DNA of 64,000 nucleotides from an uncultured Rhodothermaceae bacterium (GCA_964639665.1 CAZXEU010000213.1:11652-75651), one strand, 5' to 3'. Positions 31,186 through 41,198 are shown, counted from the stretch's first letter. Program-made: numbers and translations. The notes: generated by a model not told the origin, from the letters alone.

Positions 31186-32132
31186 GACCGGGACAGGGAG
31201 GCCAGGAGATACAATACGGCCATGCGCACCGCCACGCCGTTGGTAACCTGGTCAAGGATGATGGACCGCTCGTGATCCACTACCTCGGATGCCAGCTCCA
31301 CGCCCCGGTTTACCGGCCCGGGATGCATCACCAGCAGGTCTGGAAATCGCTCCATATGCTGTTGTTTGATGCCGTAGCCCGCGTGATATTCGCGCACACT
31401 CGGCACAAGGCTGGAGGCCTGACGCTCGAACTGCATCCGCAAGGCCATGGCTACGCTGCACCCTTCTAGTGCTTCGTCAAGCCGGCACGTTACGCGTACT
31501 CCAAGGTCTTCCATGCCAACGGGTAGCAGCGTCCTGGGAGCGCACACCGTGACGGACGCGCCCATCGTGCGCAGGCCGCAAATATTCGACCGCGCAACCC
31601 GGCTGTGCGCAATGTCACCGACGATGGCTACGTCCAGTCCTTCAAAGGACGCGTGATGTTCGGAAATCGTCAGCAAGTCCAGCAGTGCCTGGGTCGGATG
31701 CTCGTGAGCTCCGTCTCCGGCATTGATGATCTGGGCGTCAACGCAGCGCGTCAGGAAATGGGCGGCGCCTGGCGAGTGGTGCCGTACTACGGCCATGTCC
31801 ACTTTCATGGCCTCGAGGTTTTTCGCCGTGTCCTTTAGCGTTTCTCCTTTAACCACCGATGATCCCGTGGAAGAAAGGTTGACCGTATCCGCGGAAAGGC
31901 GTTTTTCTGCGAGCTCGAACGAAATCCGCGTGCGGGTGGACGGTTCGAAGAACAGGTTGACGACGGTCACGCCCCTGAGCGTCGGTACCCGGGGTATGGG
32001 TCGCTCCAGCACCTCCCTGAACTCCCGGGCAGTATCGAGTATCAATTGTATTTCCTGGGCGCTGACCCCTTCCAGCCCCAGCAAATGACGGGAATTCAAG
32101 GACTGAATTGGTGCCGGCCGTGGATGTGCCAT
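31182..32132 (-). CDS. pyrB: aspartate carbamoyltransferase catalytic subunit
   Basis: 'FFEPSTRTR', '[10 protein letters not shown]' and 'MHPGPVNRG'. Confidence 0.95.
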   Translation of the reverse strand: MAHPRPAPIQSLNSRHLLGLEGVSAQEIQLILDTAREFREVLERPIPRVPTLRGVTVVNLFFEPSTRTRISFELAEKRLSADTVNLSSTGSSVVKGETLKDTAKNLEAMKVDMAVVRHHSPGAAHFLTRCVDAQIINAGDGAHEHPTQALLDLLTISEHHASFEGLDVAIVGDIAHSRVARSNICGLRTMGASVTVCAPRTLLPVGMEDLGVRVTCRLDEALEGCSVAMALRMQFERQASSLVPSVREYHAGYGIKQQHMERFPDLLVMHPGPVNRGVELASEVVDHERSIILDQVTNGVAVRMAVLYLLASLSRS

Positions 32133-32737
32133 CAGGACTGCCCGGAATGCAGGGTTTCGTTTTCGGATCCGCGTGCCTCCGGCGGGCTCTGCACGAGCCA
32201 GATGCCATCAATGCCATCGTATTCCTGCACCCGCACGCGGACCTCCTCGCCCGGGATGGTCGGAACGTCTCGCCCGACGATATCCGCTCTTATGGGCAAT
32301 TCGTGCCATCCGCGATCCACGACGATCAACAGCCTGATAGACGCCGGTCTGCCCATGTCCATCAGCGCATCCATGGCCGCTCTGGCCGTTCTGCCCGTAT
32401 AGAGGACATCATCAATCAGCACCAGGTGCCGGTCAGTTACATCAAAAGGGATACGGGTGGCGCGCATGGAAGTCGTCCGCCCACGGCTGTGAAAATCGTC
32501 CCTGTACATGGTCACATCAAGGATGCCGAGTGGCAATTCGATGCCTTCAAACTGCAGGATCTTCTCCTGCAGTCGCCGCGCCAGGTAGACGCCTCGCGTC
32601 TGCATGCCGATCAGTGCGGTGCGGGCGGCGGCCTCTAAATCCATCTGTTCCGCGATTTGCCGCGCCATGCGGGCCAGCATGCGATCCAGATCGCCACTGT
32701 CCATGAGCTGAGCCTTGACCAGGTCCCGCGAATCCAT
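32132..32737 (-). CDS. pyrR: PyrR (pyr regulator / uracil phosphoribosyltransferase)
   Basis: PRPP motif '[18 protein letters not shown]'. One-nt overlap with the pyrB start. Confidence 0.9.
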   Translation of the reverse strand: MDSRDLVKAQLMDSGDLDRMLARMARQIAEQMDLEAAARTALIGMQTRGVYLARRLQEKILQFEGIELPLGILDVTMYRDDFHSRGRTTSMRATRIPFDVTDRHLVLIDDVLYTGRTARAAMDALMDMGRPASIRLLIVVDRGWHELPIRADIVGRDVPTIPGEEVRVRVQEYDGIDGIWLVQSPPEARGSENETLHSGQS

Positions 32738-32850
32738 GCGGCCAAATTACCCATTTTGCGCGCGGTATGCGTATGGGCCGCTTTGCGCAACAGCCGGAAC
32801 CCAGCGCCCGGGCCCCGTAGAACCCGGCATTCGTCGCTCAACTAAAACTC

Positions 32851-33786
32851 ATGCCCCGCGTCCAGGACAGCGCACTCAGGTATCTTGACCCGCACGTTAT
32901 TTCGCGGCTCAAGACCATGGACCTTAGGGCCCGGCTTGCCGTGGAGGGATTCATTACGGGATTGCACCGAAGTCCGTACCACGGCTTCTCCGTGGAATTT
33001 GCCGAACACCGCCCTTACAACCCCGGCGACGAACTTCGCCACGTGGACTGGAAGGTGTTTGGCAAGACAGACCGCCACTACGTGAAGCAGTATGAGGAGG
33101 AGACCAACCTGAGGCACTACGTGGTTCTTGACACTTCCCCTTCCATGCGCTACCGGCGCACCGGCAGCCTTTCCAAGCTGGCTTACGGCGCATACCTGGC
33201 TGCGGCCTTGCATTACCTCATGGTCCGGCAGCGCGATGCCACGGGACTCATCGGGTTCGACGAATCAGTGCACACGCTGCTCAGGCCCAGATGTACGGCC
33301 AGCTATCTGCGGCGAATTCTTGTCGAGCTCGAACGCTTTACGGCATTGCCCTCTGCAGGCAAGCGGACGCACGCCTCGGCCGCCCTGCATGAAGTGGCAG
33401 AGAGGATCCACCGCCGCTCCTTTGTGGTCGTGATCACGGATCTGATGGAGAATGTCGGCGCCGCCGAAGATCTTGTGCGGGCGCTGCGCCACCTCCGCCA
33501 CAGGGGGCACGAAGTACTCGTTTTTCGCATTCTCGAAGGCGATACCGAAATCAACTTCAATTTCGAGAACGTACCAATGGTGTTTCGTGACATGGAAACG
33601 GGGGAAGAGATGTCGCTGCATCCCGCGCAGCTCCGAAAAGCCTTCATTCGCACCGCACAGGAATTCAGTGCCCGATTCCGGCGCCGGTGCCTGGAGCAGA
33701 ATGTGGAATTTGTGGAACTTGATACTGCGAAATCGTACGGCACGGCCCTGCTTTCCTACCTGAACAAGCGGCGGAAACTCAAGTAG
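32851..33786 (+). CDS. DUF58 family protein (VWA-like fold)
   Basis: 'GLHRSPYHGFSVEFAEHRPYNPGDELRHVDWKVFGKTDRHYVKQYEEE' is the DUF58 signature. Confidence 0.85.
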   Translation: MPRVQDSALRYLDPHVISRLKTMDLRARLAVEGFITGLHRSPYHGFSVEFAEHRPYNPGDELRHVDWKVFGKTDRHYVKQYEEETNLRHYVVLDTSPSMRYRRTGSLSKLAYGAYLAAALHYLMVRQRDATGLIGFDESVHTLLRPRCTASYLRRILVELERFTALPSAGKRTHASAALHEVAERIHRRSFVVVITDLMENVGAAEDLVRALRHLRHRGHEVLVFRILEGDTEINFNFENVPMVFRDMETGEEMSLHPAQLRKAFIRTAQEFSARFRRRCLEQNVEFVELDTAKSYGTALLSYLNKRRKLK

Positions 33787-33851
33787 GCCCGATGTGCGAA
33801 CCGCAAGAACGCGGGACCGATCGACGCCTGTGAACAATAACTCACGGCTCC

Positions 33852-35021
33852 ATGCTTGACCGCATCAAGGCTGCAGCTGACGACGTTTTCCCCGAGATTG
33901 TGCGGCTGCGCCGGACCATCCACCGGAATCCGGAACTCGCCTACGAGGAGCATGAAACCGCGCGCCTTGTGCGCGATACGCTGGTGCCCCTGGGTCTCTC
34001 CTTGCAAAGCGGCATCGCTGGAACCGGCATCGCGGCAACGCTGGAAGGGCAGTTGCCTGGCCCCTGTGTACTGCTGCGTGCCGACATGGACGCACTGCCG
34101 ATTGCGGAAGAGACCGGCCTCGATTTTGATTCGCAAAGTCCTGGTCGGATGCATGCGTGCGGACACGACATGCACACGTCTTCGCTCCTCGGAACGGCCA
34201 TGGTCCTGGCCGGTCTACGGCATGGGCTACCCGGCAGCGTGCGGTTCATATTTCAGCCTAGCGAAGAGCGTCTACCCAGTGGGGCCCAGGCGATGATCCG
34301 GGCCGGCGTGCTGGATCACGGGCAGGCTGCCGCGTTCGGGCAGCATGTCTTCCCCGCCCTCCCTGCGGGTACGATCGGCATTCGTCCAGGCCTGTTCATG
34401 GCATCCGCCGACGAGGTCCGGATCACTGTCCGGGGCAGGGGCGGACATGCGGCCGAGCCCCATTTGCTCCAGTCCGACGTGATGCTGGCAGCCTGCCATA
34501 CGGTGGTAGCGCTGCAGGGAGTCATCAGTCGCCATTGTCCTCCCGACGTGCCGAGTCTGCTTTCATTTGGAAACATGACGGCAGACGGCGCCACGAACAT
34601 TCTTCCAAACGCGGTGCATATAGAGGGCACGTTCCGCGCGATGCAGGAAGAATGGAGATTTCGCGCGCACGATCTCATAAGCAGCATTGCTGCTGATGCG
34701 GCACGAACGTTCGGCGCCGAGGCTGCGGTCGACATCGCCACGGGGCCACCGGCCGTATTTAATGATCCCGGAGAGGCAAGGCTCGTTCGCGAGGCGGCCG
34801 AGGATTACGTTGGGCGCGGCAACACCCGGGAGGCAGAGCTCTGGTTCGGAGGAGAGGACTTCGCCTACTTCCTCCAGGAGGTGCCCGGCGCCTTCTATCA
34901 AATGGGGGTCGGCTGTCCGCATGCGCTACACACGCCGCGCTTTACCATTGACGAGGAGGCCTTGCGCGTCTCCACCGGCTTTATGGCGTACCTCGCCTGG
35001 AAGCGGCTCACGAGCCATTAG
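33852..35021 (+). CDS. M20D-family amidohydrolase (N-acyl-amino-acid amidohydrolase-like)
   Basis: 'RMHACGHDMH', 'IFQPSEE' and 'GGEDFAYF' metal-site motifs. Confidence 0.85.
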   Translation: MLDRIKAAADDVFPEIVRLRRTIHRNPELAYEEHETARLVRDTLVPLGLSLQSGIAGTGIAATLEGQLPGPCVLLRADMDALPIAEETGLDFDSQSPGRMHACGHDMHTSSLLGTAMVLAGLRHGLPGSVRFIFQPSEERLPSGAQAMIRAGVLDHGQAAAFGQHVFPALPAGTIGIRPGLFMASADEVRITVRGRGGHAAEPHLLQSDVMLAACHTVVALQGVISRHCPPDVPSLLSFGNMTADGATNILPNAVHIEGTFRAMQEEWRFRAHDLISSIAADAARTFGAEAAVDIATGPPAVFNDPGEARLVREAAEDYVGRGNTREAELWFGGEDFAYFLQEVPGAFYQMGVGCPHALHTPRFTIDEEALRVSTGFMAYLAWKRLTSH

Positions 35022-35288
35022 CGGCTATTGCAGGCGTCCGGCATCCAAATCAGGCTCTGTGCCGGGAGCCTGTACCCGCCTAAGCTCGGATAATGCGCGC
35101 AGACGCGGCGCATCTTGTCCACCTGTTAGTGGCTCCGAGCCCGGTAACATGCCCGCAACCGATTCAGAATGCGCGCCTTCGTACTACGCGCGTTGAATCT
35201 TTTGTCGTATTTTCTCAGGTTGATGATCTACCCGTATGCTGGGTCGCGAAACAGCTGCGACCAACTGTAACCTGTATTGTTTGTGGTC

Positions 35289-37787
35289 ATGAAACGCCTT
35301 CGTCTTGCCCCGCGCGTATTCATTGCCACGTCTGCACTGCTGCTCTTTACGGTTCTAGTCACCTCCGTAACGCTGCTTTATCAGACGTCCACGGCGTTGC
35401 GCGACGAGGCGCAGCAGTATGCCGAGCAGCTCGCGGGGCTGCTTGCCTCCAATCTGGCGGACAAGGGCGAGATTTCGCTTGCCAACGTTTTTCGGACGAT
35501 CGACGCAACGCTGAACGGTCCCATGGCGGCCCAGGGCCATATAGCCGCATACTTCGTTGCGGCGGCTGCCGAGGCCGGATATGACACGACACGGGTTGTA
35601 GACATCCTTACAACCATGATTGACGAAACCGTCCTTGATGAATTCTGGATTACGGATGAGGAAGCATACGCCTACCTGACCAATGTCCGCTATGCCACGG
35701 GGCCCGATGCCGGAGAGTTGTGGTATTTCGCCTTTAGCCCCGATCCCGCGGTACAGCCACAGGCTTCGAAATTCTATTCGCTGCTGCATACGCCTACCGA
35801 CAGTGCCGCCGTCATCACCCAGCCTGCCCAAGTCCGGGAAATCGATGGCAGAACGTTCAAGTACGTCGGAGTCGGCGGCGTGGACCACCACCGAATTGTC
35901 CAGGTCGGAAACGAGCTGGAAGCCGGAGAGCAGGAGATCCTCCGACGAATCTCTTCCGAGGGGCGCGCTGATGTCTCGCTGATTATAGAGGGTATCCTGG
36001 GCCAGCAGTTGGCAACCGAGGGCCTGATGCTGGATCATTTCATCCGGGCCGCCGAGGACGCAAGCTGGAGCGCAAGCCGGATTGACGAGGCGCTTGCCCG
36101 GCTTGTTGCCATCTCGGATATGGGAGAGATCCGGATTACGGACGCACGTGGGGCGGGCCTGTACTCGAGCCTGGATCCCGGGGATTCGCTGCGTGCCACG
36201 CTGGCCCACGCGGCAGAGCTGGATTCCGTGCTGGATGGTACCCTTAATCTGATCGAGCATGGCACCGCCATGCATGAAAGGGGCACCGTGATGTACAAGT
36301 ATGTCACTTCTGCGCGCCCCGGCAGCGGCAGAATCATCCAGATTGGTATTCCGATCGAAAGCAGCTCGGGCAATCTGCTTTATAGCGTATACCAAGAAGA
36401 AGCGAGGGTAGCCGTCGAAAACGGCTTGCCACGCGGCCTGTGGATCTACAACCAGTCCCTGGAACTGGCCGCTTTTGCCAGCTACCAGGCCGAATCGGGT
36501 GAGGAGGAGTCGGCTCTCGGTCGGGACATCCCCGAATCCGTCATGCCTCTGCTCGACCAAGCGATGCAGGAGGAGCACGTGGTAAGCGCTGCCAGACTTG
36601 CGTTGCGGTCTCCGCAGGAGCGCGGCATTTGGGCCGCGTCACCGATAATCAACGTGGGAGAAATACTAATCGGGGGCATGGTCTTCTTCGTCAATCTCGA
36701 TGCCATCGCAGAGACCGTAAGGGCCGAGGCGCGCAGAACGGCCATGATTGCCCTCTTTTTGCTCAGCCTCACCGCCATTGCCACATTCTTCGGTGCGCGC
36801 CTCCTGACGCGTCCGATTGAGGTGATAGCCGAAGCTGCGCGAGAAGTGGAAAGCGGTGAGCAACCCGATAGCGTCCTGATGGAGCCTGTTGCCAATAGAA
36901 GCGATGAAATTGGCAGTCTTGCCCGCGTCTTTCTGGACATGTCAGCCCAGGTGTTCAACCGCGAGGAGGTTCTGGAGACACTGGTATCCGAGCGCACGCA
37001 GGAATTGCAGACCTCAAACCATAAGCTTCGGCGGGCGCAGGAGGCCATCAATCAGGATCTCGAAATGGCCAAGATCGTGCAAGCCGCGCTGGTTCGCGAA
37101 GGCACCGTCCAGATCAAGGCGTTTTCTGCGTGCGCCAGAATGAATCCCGCCCAGCGCGTCGGCGGTGACTTCGTGGACTTTCTTGAGCCGGAAGAGGGCA
37201 AGCTGTTCGTGGCTATCGGAGATGTGTCCGGCAAAGGAGTAGCCGCAGCACTCTTTATGGCTGCCTCCCAGGCTGCCGTCAAGTTTGCCGTCGCCGAGCG
37301 CATCGAGACTATTTCAGCGATTGCCGACGAGGCAAACAGACGCCTGTGCAGCCAGAACCCCATGGGGCTTTTTGTAACTACGTTCCTCGCCATGGTCAAC
37401 CTCAAGAATGGCACCATAGATTATGTCAGCGCAGGACATGAGCCGCCGTATATTCTGGGGTCGAACGGGTTAAGAAAGACGCTTCCGCCAACCGGCGGAC
37501 TGGCAATGGGCTTAATGGAGGACTTTCCTTATTCTAGTGGCACAACCGTACTGCAACCGGGAGAGACGCTTTTCCTGTATACCGATGGTCTCACGGACAT
37601 GGTCAACATCGAGGGAGAGATTTTTGGACGGGAGCGTCTCGAAGAGACCATCGACGGGACCGGCGGACATTCTCCCGAAGAGATCGTAAATCAGGTCTGG
37701 ACCACGATCGGCAGCTTTGCGACCGGCGCCCCGGCGGCGGATGACATGACCTGCCTCGTATTGCACCGGAAGAACGACATTGCTTAA
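35289..37787 (+). CDS. membrane sensor PP2C phosphatase (large extracytoplasmic domain, HAMP, SpoIIE), RsbU-like
   Basis: TM1 'VFIATSALLLFTVLVTSV' and TM2 'MIALFLLSLTAIATFFGARLL'. HAMP follows TM2. PP2C motifs 'GGDFVDF', 'GDVSGKGVAAALFMA', 'TDGLTDM' and 'DDMTCLVL'. Confidence 0.85.
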   Translation: MKRLRLAPRVFIATSALLLFTVLVTSVTLLYQTSTALRDEAQQYAEQLAGLLASNLADKGEISLANVFRTIDATLNGPMAAQGHIAAYFVAAAAEAGYDTTRVVDILTTMIDETVLDEFWITDEEAYAYLTNVRYATGPDAGELWYFAFSPDPAVQPQASKFYSLLHTPTDSAAVITQPAQVREIDGRTFKYVGVGGVDHHRIVQVGNELEAGEQEILRRISSEGRADVSLIIEGILGQQLATEGLMLDHFIRAAEDASWSASRIDEALARLVAISDMGEIRITDARGAGLYSSLDPGDSLRATLAHAAELDSVLDGTLNLIEHGTAMHERGTVMYKYVTSARPGSGRIIQIGIPIESSSGNLLYSVYQEEARVAVENGLPRGLWIYNQSLELAAFASYQAESGEEESALGRDIPESVMPLLDQAMQEEHVVSAARLALRSPQERGIWAASPIINVGEILIGGMVFFVNLDAIAETVRAEARRTAMIALFLLSLTAIATFFGARLLTRPIEVIAEAAREVESGEQPDSVLMEPVANRSDEIGSLARVFLDMSAQVFNREEVLETLVSERTQELQTSNHKLRRAQEAINQDLEMAKIVQAALVREGTVQIKAFSACARMNPAQRVGGDFVDFLEPEEGKLFVAIGDVSGKGVAAALFMAASQAAVKFAVAERIETISAIADEANRRLCSQNPMGLFVTTFLAMVNLKNGTIDYVSAGHEPPYILGSNGLRKTLPPTGGLAMGLMEDFPYSSGTTVLQPGETLFLYTDGLTDMVNIEGEIFGRERLEETIDGTGGHSPEEIVNQVWTTIGSFATGAPAADDMTCLVLHRKNDIA

Positions 37788-37788
37788 T

Positions 37789-38220
37789 ATGGCTGACCGA
37801 CTTGAGATATCCATTCAGGCGCGGCTTTCCGAACTCCGCAATTTGGCTGAGATGGTGGAAACTTTCGGCGAAGCCCACGATCTTTCCATGAAGATGAACT
37901 TCATGATCAATCTCGCGCTTGAAGAGTTGATCACGAACACTGTAATCCATGGCGAGTTCGGCGATATTGTGGAGCCCAAGATCGGCATTTGCCTGTATGT
38001 GGAGAAACAGTCCGTGGTGCTCGTAGTTGAGTCTGACGGTCAAGAATTCGATCCTACGCAGGAAACCAATCCTGATCTCACTTCAGAACTGGATGCCAGA
38101 CCTATCGGAGGTTTGGGCCTGCACTTGATCAAGCAGCAAGCAGATCGGATTTCATATGCGTTCGTCAACAATCGGAACCGGCTCCAGTTGGAATACGATC
38201 TAGTCCCCGAAACCGCTTGA
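37789..38220 (+). CDS. RsbW-like anti-sigma-type serine kinase (HATPase_c_2)
   Basis: N-box 'EELITNTVIHG', 'ESDGQEFDP' and G-box 'GGLGLHLIK'. The ATG is 1 nt after the upstream TAA. Confidence 0.85.
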   Translation: MADRLEISIQARLSELRNLAEMVETFGEAHDLSMKMNFMINLALEELITNTVIHGEFGDIVEPKIGICLYVEKQSVVLVVESDGQEFDPTQETNPDLTSELDARPIGGLGLHLIKQQADRISYAFVNNRNRLQLEYDLVPETA

Positions 38221-38258
38221 CGGTTCGGCTTCACCCAAACTTTATCGGAGGTGCATTA

Positions 38259-38597
38259 GTGGAAATTGAAGTCTTGGAAGAACGCGAAGGTACGGCGTTG
38301 GTCTTGCTGCCCATTGCGCGTCTAGATAGCTCCAATGCCCGCTCGTTTGAGAACGTGATCATTGGTCATGTGGAGAACGGCGAGAATCAGATTGTCGTCG
38401 ATTTCAGCCGGCTCGTGTTCATCAGCAGTTCCGGCATGCGGGTTCTGCTCATTACGGCCAAGAAGCTGCATGCCCGAAAAGGGAAGCTAATCCTCTGTTC
38501 GATGCAGGACAGTATCCGCGAGATATTCAGCATAAGTGGCTTTGACCAGATCATTCCGATTCGCAAATCGAGAAAGGGTGCGCTAAACGAGATGTAG
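38259..38597 (+). CDS. STAS-domain anti-anti-sigma-type protein (RsbV/SpoIIAA-like)
   Basis: 'DFSRLVFISSSGMRVLL' with a conserved phosphorylatable Ser. GTG 38259 is preceded by GGAGG at 38247..38251. The track ORF starts at TTG 38217. Confidence 0.8.
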   Translation: MEIEVLEEREGTALVLLPIARLDSSNARSFENVIIGHVENGENQIVVDFSRLVFISSSGMRVLLITAKKLHARKGKLILCSMQDSIREIFSISGFDQIIPIRKSRKGALNEM

Positions 38598-38945
38598 GGT
38601 CCTGCCTCCGGTACCCTGGGCGGACCGCCTGAAGTCCTGTGTGTGAAGGGTACACTCCTGCTGCCAAACCAGCGCCGTACTTGCTCGGCGTGGTGCCGTA
38701 TCATGGAATCCGTGCTTGGCGGCGGCTCCGGCGAGCCGTGACTGTACGCGACCGGCCCGGCGTATGGATTGACTGGCCTTCCCGCGACGCAACGCCAAAC
38801 GCCACCTAGGGCCAGATCGTACGCGCAGGAAATCGGTTACCGGACGCGCCAACGACTGACGCTCTACGCGCCTTCCCCGTCTGGTAGCAACCTCTAGCCG
38901 GCGGCTTTTCTGCAAGAAATGCCCTTAACAGCCGCGCTCAGTCCT

Positions 38946-40232
38946 CTACGACGCCTCCTCATCCTCATCGCCGAAATCCTCCGGCACAAGGACGAATTCA
39001 GGGTAGGCGTCTATGCCGAGCTCCGCAACGTCCTGACCCAGTCTCTCTACGCGCAACGAAACTCTCACGCCAGTGGTCCTGGCAAGGATCTTCCAGAGCG
39101 CGAAGGACAGGCCGAATACGAACACGCCGATTGAACAGACACCCAGCAGCTGCACCAGAAAGTCCCCTCCACTGGTAAAGCTCACCGCAAGCGTTCCCCA
39201 GATCCCGGAAAAGAGGTGGGCAGGCACAGCTCCCACCACGTCATCGACGTGAAACTTCTCAAGCAGCCGGATCGACGCTATACAGACCACGGCTCCCACC
39301 CCGCCCACGATGAGGGCCAGGTAGTGACTCGTCATGGCTGGACCTGCCGTAATAGCCACAAGTCCGGCGATGGCTCCGTTGAGCACGGCGAACAGATCGA
39401 ATCTGCCAAGGATCGGGCGTGATACCGCAAGCGCCGTCATGACGCCGGCAGCGGCGGCCAGGTTGGTATTCACCAGCACCTTCGCCATGGAAACCGCGTC
39501 GACAGCGCTGCCGAGCGCCAGCTGGGAACCTCCGTTGAACCCAAACCAGCCGAGCCACAGGATGAACACGCCCAGCGTGACAACCGGTACGCTGGACGGC
39601 GGCGTCGCCCGAACGCTGCCGTCCTTCCTGAACTTGCCGTGACGGGCCCCGACTACGATGGCTCCCGCAAGTGCAGCCCAGCCGCCTACGCCGTGCACGA
39701 TGGTCGAGCCTGCAAAGTCCTGGAATCCCAATTCATACAGCCAACCCTCTCCCCAAGTCCAGGCCCCGACAAGCGGATAAATGATGGCCGTAAGCACGGA
39801 CGTGAAGATAAAGAATGGCAAAAGCTTGACGCGCTCTGCCAGTGATCCGGAAACAATGGAGGCCGCCGTCGCAACAAATACCATCTGGAAAAACCAGTCG
39901 GACATCACTGAATAGCCGTTGCCCAGCACGGCTTCCAGTGCGCTGTCGTCGCCACCCAGTAGCGCAAGCTCCTCGGCCGAGGAGTGATAGAAGAGACTGA
40001 TCTTACCTATCCATCCGCTCACATCCACATACATCAGATTGTACCCGATCAGATAGAAGGCGATGCCAGCTATGGAGTACAGGCCGATGTTCTTGAGGCA
40101 AATGACAGAGGCATTCTTGGTGCGGACCGAGCCGGATTCCAGCATGGTAAAACCCGCGGCCATCCACATGACCAATCCGCCCCAAATCAGGAACGAAAAG
40201 GTATTGAAAACGAACTGAGCTTCAGTGTTCAT
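38946..40232 (-). CDS. amt: ammonium transporter
   Basis: 'AGFTMLESGSVRTKN', 'STIVHGVGGWAALAGAIVVG' and 'DDVVGAVPAHLFSGIWG'. Polytopic membrane protein. Confidence 0.95.
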   Translation of the reverse strand: MNTEAQFVFNTFSFLIWGGLVMWMAAGFTMLESGSVRTKNASVICLKNIGLYSIAGIAFYLIGYNLMYVDVSGWIGKISLFYHSSAEELALLGGDDSALEAVLGNGYSVMSDWFFQMVFVATAASIVSGSLAERVKLLPFFIFTSVLTAIIYPLVGAWTWGEGWLYELGFQDFAGSTIVHGVGGWAALAGAIVVGARHGKFRKDGSVRATPPSSVPVVTLGVFILWLGWFGFNGGSQLALGSAVDAVSMAKVLVNTNLAAAAGVMTALAVSRPILGRFDLFAVLNGAIAGLVAITAGPAMTSHYLALIVGGVGAVVCIASIRLLEKFHVDDVVGAVPAHLFSGIWGTLAVSFTSGGDFLVQLLGVCSIGVFVFGLSFALWKILARTTGVRVSLRVERLGQDVAELGIDAYPEFVLVPEDFGDEDEEAS

Positions 40233-40406
40233 GTCCCGATTGGTCTAATGATGACGGCGGCGGGGCTAGTCCCGCATCCCGCAACACCTTTCTCGGTCGC
40301 CACAACTGATTTCGACAGAGAACTAGCGGCTAATCTACTCTTTGCCAGTTGGCCATGCAACAGCAGGCCACGGTTCCACGCCGTGTTCCGGGCGGAGCCG
40401 GCAGGC

Positions 40407-41198
40407 CTAGACTCGCCAAACGACCAGCAGTTGCGGCACGTATTCGCTGTTGTCCGTGCCCAACTTGTTTCGCCAGATCTGAAATTCAATGCCAACCATG
40501 AGGTGACCGGCAGACCCCATCGCGGCGCCCAGATCCCATGTCAATTGTGGCTGGGCAAGAATCCACGCATTCACGTCAGCCTGCAATTCGTTCTCCACGG
40601 CGCTGATGTACTCAGCGTGGCCGGTAAAGGCAAACGACTGGCTTCCAACGGAGAACGGATACAGCCAACTCACATCGAACATGAAGCCGTTCGACGTAGT
40701 AGGTGCCCCGCCCTGATCGACGCCGTTGCTTCTATCGATTACCGCGGTAAAGTCCGTGTTCAGAAACACGAAACCCGGCACGCTCCAGGAAAGGCGACCC
40801 CCCGGCAGATACTTGATGACGTCAGCATCCGCATCAAAGTTGAGCCCCATGATAACCGAAATATCCGCTACCGGGCCTGCACCTACCGACGAGCCCCGAA
40901 TCTTGGAGAAACTCAACGTGGGATACCACTCTCCGTAGAATTCCACATCGTTGAATCCGTCGGCGTTCGTGTCATCGAGCCAGTCGATAAAGAAAAACGT
41001 ATCTCCGTACTGCCACTGCGCCGCGTGCTGAAACGTGAGTATTCTGGTAGGTGCCGTCGAACCGGTAAACGGATTCTTCAGACTGCCAACCTGCAGCGCA
41101 AAGTCAAGCTGGGCGGCCGCAGGCGAGGCCAACCCGAAAAAGATGCTAATACCAACAGAAGAGCAAATCCAGGCATACCTGAGATCACGAGCCGGCAT
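40407..41198 (-). CDS. Tsx/OmpK-like outer-membrane channel
   Basis: Signal peptide 'ICSSVGISIFFGLASPAAAQ' from ATG 41198. 'FQHAAQWQYGDTFFFIDW', 'EFYGEWYPTLSF' and 'GIEFQIWRNKLG' resemble the Tsx channel family. Confidence 0.7.
   Translation of the reverse strand: MPARDLRYAWICSSVGISIFFGLASPAAAQLDFALQVGSLKNPFTGSTAPTRILTFQHAAQWQYGDTFFFIDWLDDTNADGFNDVEFYGEWYPTLSFSKIRGSSVGAGPVADISVIMGLNFDADADVIKYLPGGRLSWSVPGFVFLNTDFTAVIDRSNGVDQGGAPTTSNGFMFDVSWLYPFSVGSQSFAFTGHAEYISAVENELQADVNAWILAQPQLTWDLGAAMGSAGHLMVGIEFQIWRNKLGTDNSEYVPQLLVVWRV

Noticed and set aside
32738-32850. PyrR-binding attenuator in the pyrR leader.
   Set aside because: I could not find the conserved PyrR binding-loop sequence (UCCAGAGAGG-like) in the 113-nt leader. 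Only a trivial 5-bp GC hairpin is present.
38583-38915. 110-aa ORF in the STAS-amt gap as a real gene.
   Set aside because: The translation is extremely Arg-rich ('RRGRRVERQSLARP...'). It has no motif and no start context, and it overlaps the end of the STAS gene. It is most likely a shadow frame.
40330-40370. Possible sigma-54 (-24/-12) promoter upstream of amt: minus-strand TGGCCTGCTGTTGCA.
   Set aside because: The GG and GC elements are separated by 9 nt instead of the invariant 10 nt of the TGGCAC-N5-TTGC consensus, so the spacing is wrong.
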